The notes beneath the pieces were generated by a model, which saw only the letters and a program-made list of their open reading frames with translations, was not told the origin of the DNA and searched no databases. A DNA stretch of 64,000 bases, taken from NCBI GenBank assembly GCA_030141605.1, contig JAQGDQ010000210.1, forward strand, positions 62,001 to 126,000. Reading direction: 5' to 3'. This document shows, in pieces, positions 27,868 through 41,423 of this stretch; the stretch's first letter is position 1; every line of letters begins with the position of its first letter. A program made the translations under genes and the position numbers. The stretch comes from Tubiluchus corallicola. Its lineage: Eukaryota > Animalia > Priapulida.

Positions 27868-29933
27868 ATAACTCCGTGTGGCTACCAAAATTCATCCGTA
27901 TATCTGTACGAAACTGTATGCTAGGTAATTTAGGTTAACGAACAAGTACAACCTACTGGCCCCTGGCGTAAGTTGGTCTCAAAATCAACAAGGCATACTT
28001 AATTTGAACAGGAAGCAGACTGTAAATAATACGACAAAAAATTTGCTTGCAACAAAAATCCTCGTTCACAGCATAAATTGGTTATGCAGACGTAGCCAAC
28101 AACAACTCAAAGAATAAAGCATGTGCAATGTGCATTTACTTAAAAATCAAACCGGCGATATAATTTTCATCAATATATTTGCACTTTCTAAATCTTTTCT
28201 CATCGAAATTTGCCTCACCACGAGTCCTAACTGTTCATTCAGATAACCTACTTATATGTTTAATAGCCTGTTTAAAAAAACGTCAGACTTCACTTAAAAG
28301 TATGATACTGCTATTCGATCAGTTAGGACACTACTGCCCAATACAACGTATGCAGGTGTGTCAGGTAGTATAGAAATGAGAATAGAGAGGACAGAGAATC
28401 TTCCTTTTTCTAAAAGACAGCCTAGGACAGGAACTTGGAAGCAATATTTTGGGACGCTTTGTCACTAACGACGCCATCGGATTAAAAAAACACTGTCCCC
28501 AGACTGTCCGTCTATGGTATCAAAAATATGGTTTGAAAATAAATTTAATATGAATTGAAAATGAATGTACTCAACTTTGTAAAAAGCTAAAAAGTTTTAT
28601 TCGTGAAAAGTATAAGCAAGTTAATATACAGACTCTTGTCTAACTCTGTTTCCACAACAGTGGCTAAAACTTTAATTTGTAGTCTTTTAAAATATTAACT
28701 CGTTATTACGGCCCACCTGATAACAATTGCTAGGTGTTGTACTGTTAGATATTAGCAGCTTGATTAGCGAACATTAATAGACTTAGGTGCGTCAACAGCG
28801 AGTATTTAATCGAGCGAAACTAACATGAAATTGCAAATTCACCGACTCGCAAAAAGGCCTGCAAGTCTGACACAGTTTACCAAAAAAGAGCGGCGATGTT
28901 GTTCTTTTTAACGGTTTTTGACTAGCGGTAAGGACGGTCAAACAGTAGAAGTCAAATATTTGATTTCATTTATTCGTCAATTAGTTTAATTAGGTCAGGG
29001 ACAAACAAAATAATAAAAGTAGTTTTAGCAGTTTAACAAATTTTATGACGTCAAGCAGATGTCTAAATTTGGTTTCACGAAAATAGTTGTTCGGAGTCTT
29101 AGGGAATTTATGCAAGATGTATGTTAGAATGAGTCAGAAACGGGTACTCAAGGCCTCATGTTTATTAAAAAAAGATCAAGTAAGTAAGTGTTTTCTATTG
29201 GCTAAGATGGAAAAATAAGAGATATCTAATTGTAACTAACTGCCGTACAAACATATTTACGAAAATAGAGAAGGCTTTTAATCTCACAATTGCCACGTTA
29301 ACATAATTTGAGAAAAATTAACCTACATCTGTTAATGCCAAAAACATGTCATAGTAATAGGTGATAATAACTGTTTAAATGCAGTACTAAAGAACCGTTG
29401 AAATTGTGTGGGTAATTATTGTGTTTGTGTGCTTCTCACTGATCACCTATAAAAACAGAACAAAGAAAACAAAATGATTTCATTGTTTTAGAAATTAGAA
29501 GCCAGACCACTTAATTTGTACAACGAAGGTACATAGAATGTCAGTGAATGTAGTAGATTCTGGGTCAACGTTTCCGATGCAGAGAAAACTCTACCAGGCT
29601 ACGTTCTGTGGACTTGAGCAAGATAGCGTGAGACGACTCAGTACTCAGTGTAAATAACTCAATGCGTAAAAAAACGTCCCATAATCTGGTAGTGAGTGCT
29701 GGGTAGAATAATCTAATAACACAACTCTTATTACGTTAGCCGGCACGCTAAACCTATAAGTAAATTTGCCTGATCAAATTAGAAAAGGCTATAACCTCGA
29801 ATAACCCAATCCTTAGATTGCGTGGCTCTCACGACGCAGTCATTCAAAAATTTGTTGAACAAAAGCAAGCGAGGTTGTTTAACTTACTGTAGAATTTAAG
29901 ATTGTATAAATTAAGAAACCAGGTTTATATAAG

Positions 29934-30060
29934 TATGTATGTATGTATGCGTGTGCGCATGCGTGTGCGTGTGTGTGTGTATGTATGTATATGTATGTGT
30001 GTGCGTGCGTGCGTATATGTGTGTATACATATATATATATATATGTATATATACATAGAT
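29934..30060. repeat. compound (TG/TA/TATG)n microsatellite
   Basis: Directly visible. Confidence 0.92.
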
Positions 30061-33000
30061 ACATTTTTAGCCATTTGTCAAATAAGCGGAGTTACAAATA
30101 CAGACCGACAAATTTAGGTTTTAACTTCTAAAAAACTTTATAACATTTCTTAAAAGACAGAAAGATTATGATAGCTGTAGACTATTACCACATTTTAAGA
30201 AAAGCATCATTTTAACGAAATCAATATGGCATTTATAGAACAGTCGCTGAAGATAGTCATGGAAGTGACTAAAACGCTTGGATAATAAAATTTTCATGAA
30301 TAGTCTAACAAGGCTTCTCAAGTGTAGTTAATGTATCAGCGCTTGTTGACGTAAAGAGAATAACAACCAATCAGGTACAACCTAACATTTAGAAAAATTT
30401 GAAAACAATCATACACGTGCTTCTTCGTTCACTTGATTAAAACATTAGTTGGCAAGGCAGAAACCCACAGTCCACAGACAGCATTTCTTGGACGAAAGCA
30501 GAATAGAAATTTGTCTTAAAACAGCTATCGCTCTGTGAAGTGCACTACAGCAGAGATCTCAAACAGATGAGCATACATTTGTGTGGAAATAGAAGCACTA
30601 GGCTAGGACGAGTAATCTGTAAATTGACCAGGCCACTAAGATGCGGACAAAGATGAGATTGTGCACAGAAGGTGATCTTTATTTAAGTTCGCTTGAGGAA
30701 TGTAAAGTCGCTTTAATCCGACCTCTAATCATAAATATTGACAACGGCAAAGTTTGGAGAAACGTAGTTGGAGTGTACGTGTGCTGACCGCGCGTGCGCT
30801 GTCCAGTACGGAATCTGAAGACAGTAGGGCAGAACAAAATTCAATACCAATACACAAGGCCTGTGAAAAAATAAATATTGGGTTAAAGTAGTTTACATTT
30901 CTTTTTAATGATGATTTTGACGATAATGATGATTAATTAGAATGCGCGTCATCATCACCATCTTTCACCACACCATTATCATATGCTCGTTATGACCATT
31001 ACAAACATTTTGCAGACAGAATTCTATTACAGACTTGCCTTTAAGACAGGTAAAAACAGCAGTAAATCCGCCATGAAAGTGGCTTGTCAGCACCACTTCG
31101 AAAAATTCGTAGGCACAATCAATGAACGCTCTTTTACGCAGAATCACTGAAAAAAAGCAGCTTCTACAAAACACTGAGCGTGTGCCTAGTAAATAAAGTC
31201 GCTCCCTAATTAAAATCTTACTCAACCATAATTGGTTGATCAACATCATCTGACAAATTGGGGCTCTTCCCAATGTACCGTCCTCTACATAAATCAAGGC
31301 TGTTAATTTCCCAATGGGCTCTTATTGTATACGGTTTAGCTGAACATATCTGCCATGTGCATACAAATGTGAAAAATTGCGCATGCGCACGGTCCGGCTG
31401 GGAATACTGCAAGAAATTTGTCACGTTGGTTTGAATACTTCGCTGTCCTTAGTGGGCAATTTACTTGTGACACTTTGTAGTAATAAATTGTGGCTGTAAT
31501 CTTCAAGAGCCATCCACACAATCTTCGACACACAAAGCAAAAACTAGAACTGTTACCTACTCGAATCAATAGTATAATTTTGCTTCTGGTGTAAGTTTAG
31601 GTATCACGGGTTATAACTGAGAATAGAGGTTTCTAAGGGTCCTCGGGATAAAATGCACTTTTAAGAGGATGACCGGTAAAACTAGGTCACGACCTAATGC
31701 CTTTGGAAAATAAACACCTTTGTAATTAATGGAATGGACAAGTATCCATCACTCCTGATTTCATGAACAACTCAGGTGAATTAAAGGCTCGTTTACCTGT
31801 TAGCAGCCGCTCATCAACACCTGGTCATGTGACCTAGAATGACTATGCTCAAACTCTTTAGAAACAGCGTGAACAGCACTCAGAACAGACCCTGGGGTAG
31901 TGACCAGAATGGTCAGCGATTTCAAATGACCATTAGGAAGGAAATGATTGACAACACAATTGATGATAATCAGCAGGCAGCATGTCATCTCGTTCATCAC
32001 AGTTCTGTGTTATAAGGTCGAATGCATTAGAATTTTACAACTCAAAAGTGTGTGAAACGGATGCTCTTAAATTTTCAACTTACGAATGTATCCACATCAG
32101 ATATTAAAACAGTCACCAAATCATCTGTGGGTGTCCTGTAATCCATTATGTGTATTCTTAAAAGCGAGTTTGAATTTAAATTATAACATCGTAGTTACAA
32201 TTGTTGCACGTTTTTAGAAAATCAACTACTGGAATGTTTACAAGCAAAGGATGTTTTTCCACACATTTAAAGAAACAACTTTTATACCAAGGTTTTCTAA
32301 AAAAAAGAAACTTACTAATTACAATTTACGAAGTTCCAAAATTAGGTAAAAACAACAGGCAATGAAAAAAGTGTTTGTCTTGTACGTGGGTAAATCACGA
32401 AAATGATTCCCTAGCGAACAGGATACATGGAAAGTGAAAACGCAATCCACTAAAACATTATAATGGCACGTTTCGAGGCTTGTAAACTAGAATTTATGCG
32501 CATCCATGGCTGAATAAAATCCACAATTTCACTGCAAATGGTTTTAATACGTGAGCATTATCCAGTCCAATAATAGGATGCAAGGCTGTCATGGTTTTGG
32601 CAAGGTTAGGCCAAGTTTTCAAGCGATCATTAGCCGATACAAAACAGTCTTTTTTGCACGTTTTGCAAGGTCTGCGGAGTAAACGCATAGTTTACATTTA
32701 ATACCAGTCGTAACAACGAAAGTAATTTAATGTGTTATTTAGGCTGGGGAGGTAACCAATTTTCATTGTTCAGTGCACGTACTCTGAACAACCTTTCTGA
32801 TAGACAAGTGGAAAAGAATCAGTGCTCAATGCTCGTTAAGTTAAACTTGAGAGTTAAACTTTCTTACACAATCCACATCAAGTTTTAACTTTCAGTTAAT
32901 TACGAAATTGATAATATCCGAATAAAATCAGTTAGCAATGGAATGATAAGACTTCCGTCACAGTAAGAAAGTTGCCACTAAAACGAGGTCTTAAAGCTTT

Positions 33001-33314
33001 TGACCAGTCTTACTCCTTTCAGAATTTTGGTCATTGAAATTTACTTTAAACTAAATGTAATGATGTAATCTTCTGTACTCACTATAATCTTTGTGCCATT
33101 TAACGACTCAATAGTATCAGTAATATAAACATATCAGAGCCAATTTTTGATTGACTGAAATGGTATCACACTAGATTAAAATTCGTACTAGTATAATAAA
33201 TAAACAAACGTGAAGGTGTTATAATAATTCCTTTATTTCAAGTGAATTTTTTTCTACTATGACAGGTGCCCAGGCATACAACAAACAGTAGGAAAGTCAA
33301 TACAGTATCAATAT

Positions 33315-33693
33315 TAGGGGTGAGCATTCGCTACCAGAAAGCGAATTCGAATCGAATCGAATTTGTGACTTTCGAATTCGAATCAAACCGAATTTCCGTA
33401 TTTCGAATCCGAATCGAATTCGAAATGAGCTTGAAAGATTTTCGAACGACTAGTAAAAAGTGGTCTTGCAAAGATAATGCTTATTACTTGATTTTGTTCT
33501 GCAGTAAAACCGCCATTAGTTTGTTAAAAGTTTTGCACAGAAACTGCAGCTAAATTGGGCTAAGTGCATACTTTTTCAAACATTTTAATGATAAAAAACG
33601 TGTGTGGCTGAAGTGCTGAATTGTTCGAATCCATAATTTCAGATTCGAATTCGATTCGAACGTTCAAACTCGAACGTTCGATGCTCACCCTTA
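33315..33693. mobile_element. hAT-type MITE with TTCGAA subterminal repeats
   Basis: TIRs TAGGGGTGAGCAT and ATGCTCACCCTTA, perfect 8-bp TSD ATCAATAT. Confidence 0.9.
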
Positions 33694-35955
33694 ATCAATA
33701 TAGAGTCATTCAACACTGGCAGCTATAAATCATGTTAAAATAAGAGAAAAAAGCATGGAATATAAAAAGTTATTACTGTACCCTCAATGAGAATTTTCCA
33801 CTAAGTCCAAGGAAATTAAGGCAAAAAGCATGAAGTTTCTTAGATAATTCGCATCAATGCTAATGCATTAACAACAACGATTCTGCACCATGGGCTTATA
33901 ATATTAATTTTCTGGGACGAAGCAGAGGTAGTCGGATCAAGAACTTTAAGATATTCTGCTTCTGTTCTTGTCCCATTTAAATAAGGAATCTTGGCACGTT
34001 TAGTAATTCTATAGCAATTGAAGGTGCAGACAAACTCGCTCGAACAACTGCTGTCTCTATTGCACATAGACAGAATAACCTCAATGCAGTAGATGACTTC
34101 TAATCAAGTGGCTGAATTAAGGAAACCTGTTGAATGCAAACCATCTACCTTCACCAAGAAAACGTTTCACAGCCGCTTTTTGCGTTAGACCTATGCGATT
34201 TTTTTAAATTATATAATAATTCGTGATTCTCCACCCAAAGAGAAATTGTGGTTAAACAAATGACTAACTGACAAGAGACCTACATTGTGTATAAGTCTCT
34301 AGTTAACAGCTTGACCTCGGGTACTGTTCAAGAATAGTACTTACTCAAAGTTTATACACTGACGAGTACGAGCCTGAAGCTTGTTTTATCAGCATCATTT
34401 ACAAAGAGGGTCTAAGGCAGTAGTGTAGTAATTTCCTAAATTAACCTAGTCTAGTAGGTAAATAAGCCAAACACACGGGCGTACTTGATCCAGTTCAACA
34501 AAAACTAGAGGAGCAGTTAAAAAGGGTCATATTTAAACAAGACTTTGCTACTTTTGTGTACAGACAAGTGTTTAGGCTATCACAAATTGAATGCTAATAG
34601 TCGCACGAGTCTAATACTTGGTGGTTTGATCAGTTTCATTTGACTTATAATGGGATATTGTTATCTGTAAGACAATTAATGCAGTTCAAACATACTCGCC
34701 GAAAGTCAAATTCTAAATGTGGGTTAAACTTAAGCTTTGCATTAAAATTGTAGTTCGCAATCAGTAACGGCAGTTAGCAATCACCTTCAAAACTAGAAGA
34801 AATTCAACAAAATTCGTCACCTAATTTCGCACAATCTATTACACAATTATTTCGGTGATGACAGCCCTAGACATATATGGTCATTGATATTATGCAGATT
34901 AAATCGCGTGTGTAATCTCGAATAAATCACCTAGAGATCTACTCGGCAACTACAAAGCGCTAATATATGCAAGTCAAAGACAGATATACTGAAGGAACAT
35001 ACAAACCGGGAAAATTAAGTCAGTGTGAGAACTTCAAGGGTTTGGCGACATTATGGGCTGTACTTCATTGCAAAGAACAAAAGCGAGAAAAATAAATCTG
35101 TGTACACAAACTACTTCAACGTAGGTGGAAGCATTTTCGTGGTGCATATTTATCAGTTTAATAGAGAAATATAGAAAAGGAAAGTTTTCTACGCAAAGAA
35201 AAGTATTCGACCGAGAATGAATAATTTAACCTACAGCCCATGGGGATGCATGCTTATCGAACTACGCTGCCTACAGAACAAACACTAAAATTGAAACAAG
35301 TATAAATTCACTTGAGTTTTTAATGTGTGCTTTTGTACGTGGAACAACAAACGTGGTTTAAACTTGTTTTACGACTAAAATCAAGAACTAGGCACCATGC
35401 CTTCACGTCCCTGCTGGCCATTTCAACAGAAGAAGCTGGGAGTGGCGAATTTTGACACGACCGTCGTGCCAATTTGAATAATCGCGTCCAAGATCATCCA
35501 TCAAAGTCACAGATTTTAAATTTGCGGTATCTCCAGTGGTGAAATGATGATACATGATAGGTTTTTAATTACATTTTAAAATACAATTTAAACGTAACAA
35601 AATAATGATTGTGCATGCATATGTACGCTCGAGGACTGCGGTAGGAATTGTGCTTTCATTCATTGATACTTCGTTTGTTATCACACGACAGATTTATTGT
35701 ATAGAAAATTACTTTGACATTTTCTGGTAGTAAAAATGTAGCAGTCTGCAGCGTAAAGTTAAACTTGTAATAAGTGTATTGCCAACGCTTATAATAACGA
35801 TGTAATGGACGATTATATAACAATTTTTATACTGGTAGTAAAAATAAGTACAACAGCATGACTTAGAATAACAGTTTAGGGAGTGACAAATTGTCACTTA
35901 GCATTCTCTTTTGTGCAGAAATAGTCAGCGATACGTAATATAAGAAGCAACATAC

Positions 35956-36721
35956 TAGAGCTGGAAATGAGTCACCAAATGTAACCATCATGAGTTTTCA
36001 TGACAACTAATATACCATGACCCAGACTCAACCTGACTCACACCCAAGATCCACCAGCAGCAAAGTGACCCATGCCCTGACAGAGCGGACCCAATTAATC
36101 CTGACCAATTAGTGTCTGAAATTATGGTAAGCAACATACATACGTATTGCTTTTATATGAAGAACCGTACATCAAAAGCAAATTAATAGTGATAACCTAC
36201 AAAATGACAAAATGGCAATAAGTTGTATGCACTCTAAATGCAGTTGCACTGTAAGGGATTCAAATAAGTAATTGAGCAAGTTCCAAAGATTTAGTATTTA
36301 GAGACACGGCTGATAGTTCGGACGATACCAAATGTGAATACATTGATTATAATTACAACATGTCAGTTTCTATTCAGTTTATTAAACTGTCATTTCACTT
36401 TCTGACCGTTATTTGTTTTGCTTATCCATAATCTTTTTAATCTTTTTATAATTCCTCACTTCTTCGCACGAAAGGTGGCTATTCATCAGAAACTGTAATC
36501 ATAAACTTAACACTGTTTTCCATAATTCTGTCAAGACTCTATCGGTTTCAGTTCTTTAAAGTTAATATGACTGTGTGGTCTTTACGTGAATCACTTCGGC
36601 CCAGGTTTAAACCCACGAACATGTGACTCGCCAGAAAAATAGTGGACCAAGTAACCCAAGACACGTGACCCACGACACGCGACCCCCCGATACGTGATCC
36701 AGGGACCCATTTGCAGCTCTG
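35956..36721. mobile_element. hAT-type non-autonomous element
   Basis: TIRs TAGAGCTGGAAATGAGTC and GACCCATTTGCAGCTCTG, subterminal GACCC repeats, flanks caacatac/taacataa (6/8 match). Confidence 0.75.
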
Positions 36722-39563
36722 TAACATAAAATGTCGTGTATGAAGTAAAAATTGCACATGAAGTAGGCATTCTACGGATGTTTACGTAATGGAGCTGTTA
36801 GCCAAAGCCACATTAATGATGTTGTAGAAAATCGTGCTGAATACACAAGCTTTTCCGTGGAACGCTCCTTTATTTGTGAAGAAAATCGTTCCACTTTCCT
36901 ACGCAAACTGACCTAATGAGGAAATTGCTCTCACTGCATCAGTCAATAATTCGTTAAAGTTTGTTCTGCAGCCTAAAGGCTAAGAAGCATGTAGAAAAGT
37001 CAAGCCTGGCCATAAGTTTGGACAATGTTTGCTCTATGCGGCAGCCAAAGACAAACATCATACAGCGTTGGCCTTAGTAGCCGCAAAAATTCAATATGAT
37101 TACGTGTGTTTTTTTCGCACTTTATGTTGGCTCTACGAATTACTACAAACGCGGACGCTTCTTGGGTTTAGTGTGTCATCATTGTCATCTATGCATACCC
37201 ACGCAGATAACCGTCCTACATACGAATTGGCCAAAATGGCAGGAGTTCCAGACAGACAAAAATTGGCGAATCAGGCCCATCATGCTCAAAACCTTTATTC
37301 CCTGTGATGACATAATTTGATAGTAACTTATAAACATCTACTACTCCATGGGAAGCGTTGACCACATTACTTAAAATCTTAAGCCAAACCAAAAATAACA
37401 CTCGACTCATCGCATGCTGTTTTGAAGACAACACAAAAGATTAAGTCGATGTTTTTTGTCGACTGCCGAAGGACAAACCACGAGGAGAGAAGATGTGGTG
37501 GAACTCCCGCAAAACGTGACTAAAACTTGCGCACAAAGATCGCCGCATGGAGTCACAGCTGAATATCCCGTGTAATGCATTACCACGTGATGATCTCACA
37601 CAAGTACAGAATAGAAAGAAATTCAGAAATAAGGGCGTACAATAAGGTAAAATCATTTCAATGACAAATCAATAACAATGGGTAATATAATTATTATAGC
37701 ATTTCGTATGTTTTTTCTTTAGCCACTGTTGGTGAAGTTATTCTTTTTGGTATTACTGTTGTTGTCACTGTCGCTGCAAATGCTGTTGTTGCCGCTACAG
37801 TTCTAATAATAGTTGTTGATGTTCTTGCTGTTGTGATTATTATTACATGGCACTGTTGTAGCTTTGGCATTTTCTCACCGTCACCGTTTTTCTTTCCGTT
37901 GTTGACAGATGGCGCTGCCGGCGACTTCCCGCATGCTCCTGATTTAGGGAAGTATCTAGTGATTTAGCGATTTACCTATAGTTCACATAATCAGCTCCTG
38001 TCAAACGACAGTAAAGTCAACTGATGCCACAACACATCCTTACTCAGCGTCACAACTCACAAGCAGTACATTTTTGCTAACTTTTGTAAAACTTTTGGCG
38101 ATTTGTTAAGGATCAGAATACATGTAATTACTGCTAAGGATAACTTGGTTGTTTCCTAAATGCAAGTTTTGAAGGTGCATTTAGGGTAGTTTAATTATAC
38201 TCCAACAACTGACAGATAAGATTAATGAGCCTGCTCGCATGCCATACAGGATTTTTTTCTAAAAAGCTGACAGAAAGGCTGCGCGAATACATTTGCAAGA
38301 CAAATTTTAAGCATAGAAATGTATGTCAGGGCCAGAGGGAACGATCACCAATCGATCAGCTCTCCTGAATTACCTGTCATCTGAACACAAATAAGTTTAA
38401 TTACTAATACTATACATACGCTGCGTCCGGATAAGATTTGCTGAACCCGAAAATAACACGAGTAAACATACAATTATTACGAAAGCTGATTAAAGTTTCT
38501 TTTGCAGTTCAACTATGCGGAAATGAAGGCGGCGTTAAATTTTAGACACTCGAAAAGCCTGTTTCGTGTCATTTCATTTCGTTTTTTCTGAAGTTAGCCC
38601 GTTTTATATAAACATCAATCATGTTCCCCAAGAGGTCATTATCTTACGTAATTAATCTAAACCTTAAAATTTTTCTTTACTTTCATAGGCCGAGAATGCG
38701 AAATCTAATAAATTACAAATTGTCAGTTAAAGCTGTATGTATAATTATGTATATGTATAATCATATACGTAAACTGCTATGCGGTGTAAAATTCAATTTA
38801 ATAAGCACGACAATGAACTGTAGCTTTAAGAAAATTAGCAAAATGAAATGAACTGAGATAGTCTCGTACTACGTTTAACAACTTTGTAATACGTGTACAC
38901 AAAACGACAGCAGATACTGAGCATGCGTCGTCCAACTACGCTGCAGCTAAATCATTATCTTTGCAGAACAACATCAAATTCTTTACACGCTCATATCAAG
39001 TGTAAAAATTTATGGCAACGCGTTCTCTCTTTGAGCACGTATTCCATCGAAAAGGTTTTGTATAACTTTTCTTATTTGTAGATCTGGCATGGAAGGGGAG
39101 ATTCAAAACTACGTTAACACAACTCGTAGAACCTACTGTTCGCTAAGAAAATGGACGTCATTAACGCATTAACGTTTACTGTGAAATTACGAAACTGGGC
39201 ATAGAAAAATGTACCAGGCTCATCAAAATTCTAATCTTCTCAACTTATCTGTTGTCGGATCGATGAAGTAGCAACCAAGAACTAATTAGCGCCCCTTTCT
39301 GAGCAAAACCGACAAAGACGTAACCGCAGATAAAGCCTATGACAACAGTAAAAATTTCTCCTTCAGAACTTTTACAAGTCTAAAAGAGCAGGCATAAGTA
39401 AATATGAAATATCAATACACTGAAGATAGCACGTTTTTAATCTTTAATTCGAGAAAATTCATGGTTGCAAAAGGACTGCACAAAATGCAAGATGTACGTA
39501 AAATTAAACCCTTTATGAATAGGAATTTTCGACATCAAACACGAGACGACGTCACATTCATTC

Positions 39564-40285
39564 TATAGGTTTTACACGTCAAATGTAGACACAGGAAAGT
39601 TCAAATGTGACTTAGGTAAGTCAAATGTAGACATAGGTATTTCGAATGTGTTTTGGTAACTCAAATGTGACTTAGATAAGTCAAATGTAGATGCATTACT
39701 TTGAATAAATCGGTAATTAAGTTATTTAAGAGCAAATCACAAAAAATAAACCAAAGATAGTCATCACCTCCTTCATAACTTTGAAAAATGTGTTGTTTAT
39801 CCCTTCCCAATGAACAGTGAATCACTAATTAGTTTTTTAGGTAATACATTAGCACGGCATTAATGAATTAGTTTCTCTCAAGAAACATTGTTTATTTTAA
39901 GAATGTATTGTTTTCTCTAACAGTTCCAATGGTACGTAAAGTTTGCAGAATATTAGTAGACCTATAACGTTGTTACTTTAACTAAAGAGCAATTATTAAA
40001 TTGAAATTAAAGAAGATCAAATTTTACTTCCTTAAGCTTTACCACCTGTCCATATTTGAGATACCAATGTCACATTAGACTTGACATGTGTCTACATTTG
40101 ACTTACCAAAAACGCCCAAGATTTCTTGAAAACCATTGTTAACACATTTGAACTACCAAAGTCTACATCTGAGTTACCAAGACACATTTGAACTACCTAC
40201 CAAAGTCTACATTTGAGTTACCAAGACACATTTGAATTACCTAAATCTACATTTGAGTTAACACATTTGACATGTAAAACCTATA
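39564..40285. mobile_element. foldback-like element with long inverted arms made of about 21-bp subrepeats
   Basis: TATAGGTTTTACACGTCAAATGT versus ACATTTGACATGTAAAACCTATA. TCAAATGT arrays on the left arm and ACATTTGA arrays on the right arm. Confidence 0.8.
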
Positions 40286-41280
40286 TGAACAGTTTCATGC
40301 ACAATGCATAGAAATTACAGATGAGGAAATGAAAAGCTAACAATAGCCATTAAACTGTGATTTATGAGAATCTGATCAAGCTCGCGAAACCTCTAATGTG
40401 AAAATAAACACAATGCTGGCAGGAACGGTTAGAAATTGCGAAAGTTTTCGCAACGACCGGGCAAGTATTGCGCAGACAATTTAATATGAACACAAGATTA
40501 CGTTGGTAAATCGCACTTAAAACCAGGAAACCGACGAGATTACAGCCGTTAATTTCATCATTAAATGCCGTAAGCCAACAAAAGACTTGATTGTGGAAAT
40601 TAAATTTAGCATGGTGTCCAGGAAGTGTGAATAATGGCTGACTCTATATACGGTATTTAAAATCACAAGTTTTCCAGTTGTTGGCAAATTCAAAATTTTC
40701 AGCGCAGTGATATATGAATCATATTTTCCAATACAGTTACATGCTTTTTTGTCATTTCGACGTTAAAGGAAAAGGCCCACTGACTCAGCATGTTGGGTTT
40801 ATTTCACAGTTATCACTTAAAGTTAGAAAAATATGACAAAGAAATTTGTAAAATCTTGTCTGTAAAGCATAAAGTTAATTTATACTACCGCTGCGTAAAA
40901 ATTTTAAGGCGTGGTGGTGCCCGCCATTCACTTGAAAATGATGATGTAACTGGTGGACTTCGTGACTTTTCGTTAACGCATCGTGGTTTTCTGTAAGCGT
41001 GGGCTGCTTAAACTAATTGAAACTTCTGAAGGTTACCTAACGTTCATACAAAATTATCGCGAAACGATAAAATCTGAAATACCTCCAGAAGTCTAAAATA
41101 CGGACATTGTCAGACAACATACAAATTTACTACATCCATCCAGTGGCAAGAAGTGGACAAGATAGCTTTAGAAGAGCTTAATCTACTAAAGAAAATACAA
41201 CAACGCTTTTAAGCACTGTGGGGTCACGAGTAAGTCATCTAAGAACAATCGATTCACACTTTAATCTTTCTTTGACTAAC

Positions 41281-41423
41281 CTGAGAGTACCAGCAGTCCT
41301 TATACTTGTTTGAGCACGAGGGGCATTGGACAGGGGAAGTTACCAAATTTGCTCCAAAATTTGCGGAACCGCTCATAGTTGGAGAGGTTGGTGTTTGAAC
41401 AGATGAAAGATCCGACGCATTGT
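41281..41423 (-). other. candidate cassette or internal exon in the 34-kb intron
   Basis: Acceptor gttgtccttcag|, 143 nt open in the phase-1 frame, donor CAG|GTTAGT. More GC-rich than its flanks. Confidence 0.35.

Noticed and set aside
29879-30131. YI/HT/VC-rich ORFs
   Set aside because: Microsatellite translations.
30965-32000. Coding-like minus-strand ORFs including CRGRYIGKS (GIY-YIG-like)
   Set aside because: A single short motif without the flanking GIY or R..EH motifs. Probably a decayed TE, unassignable.
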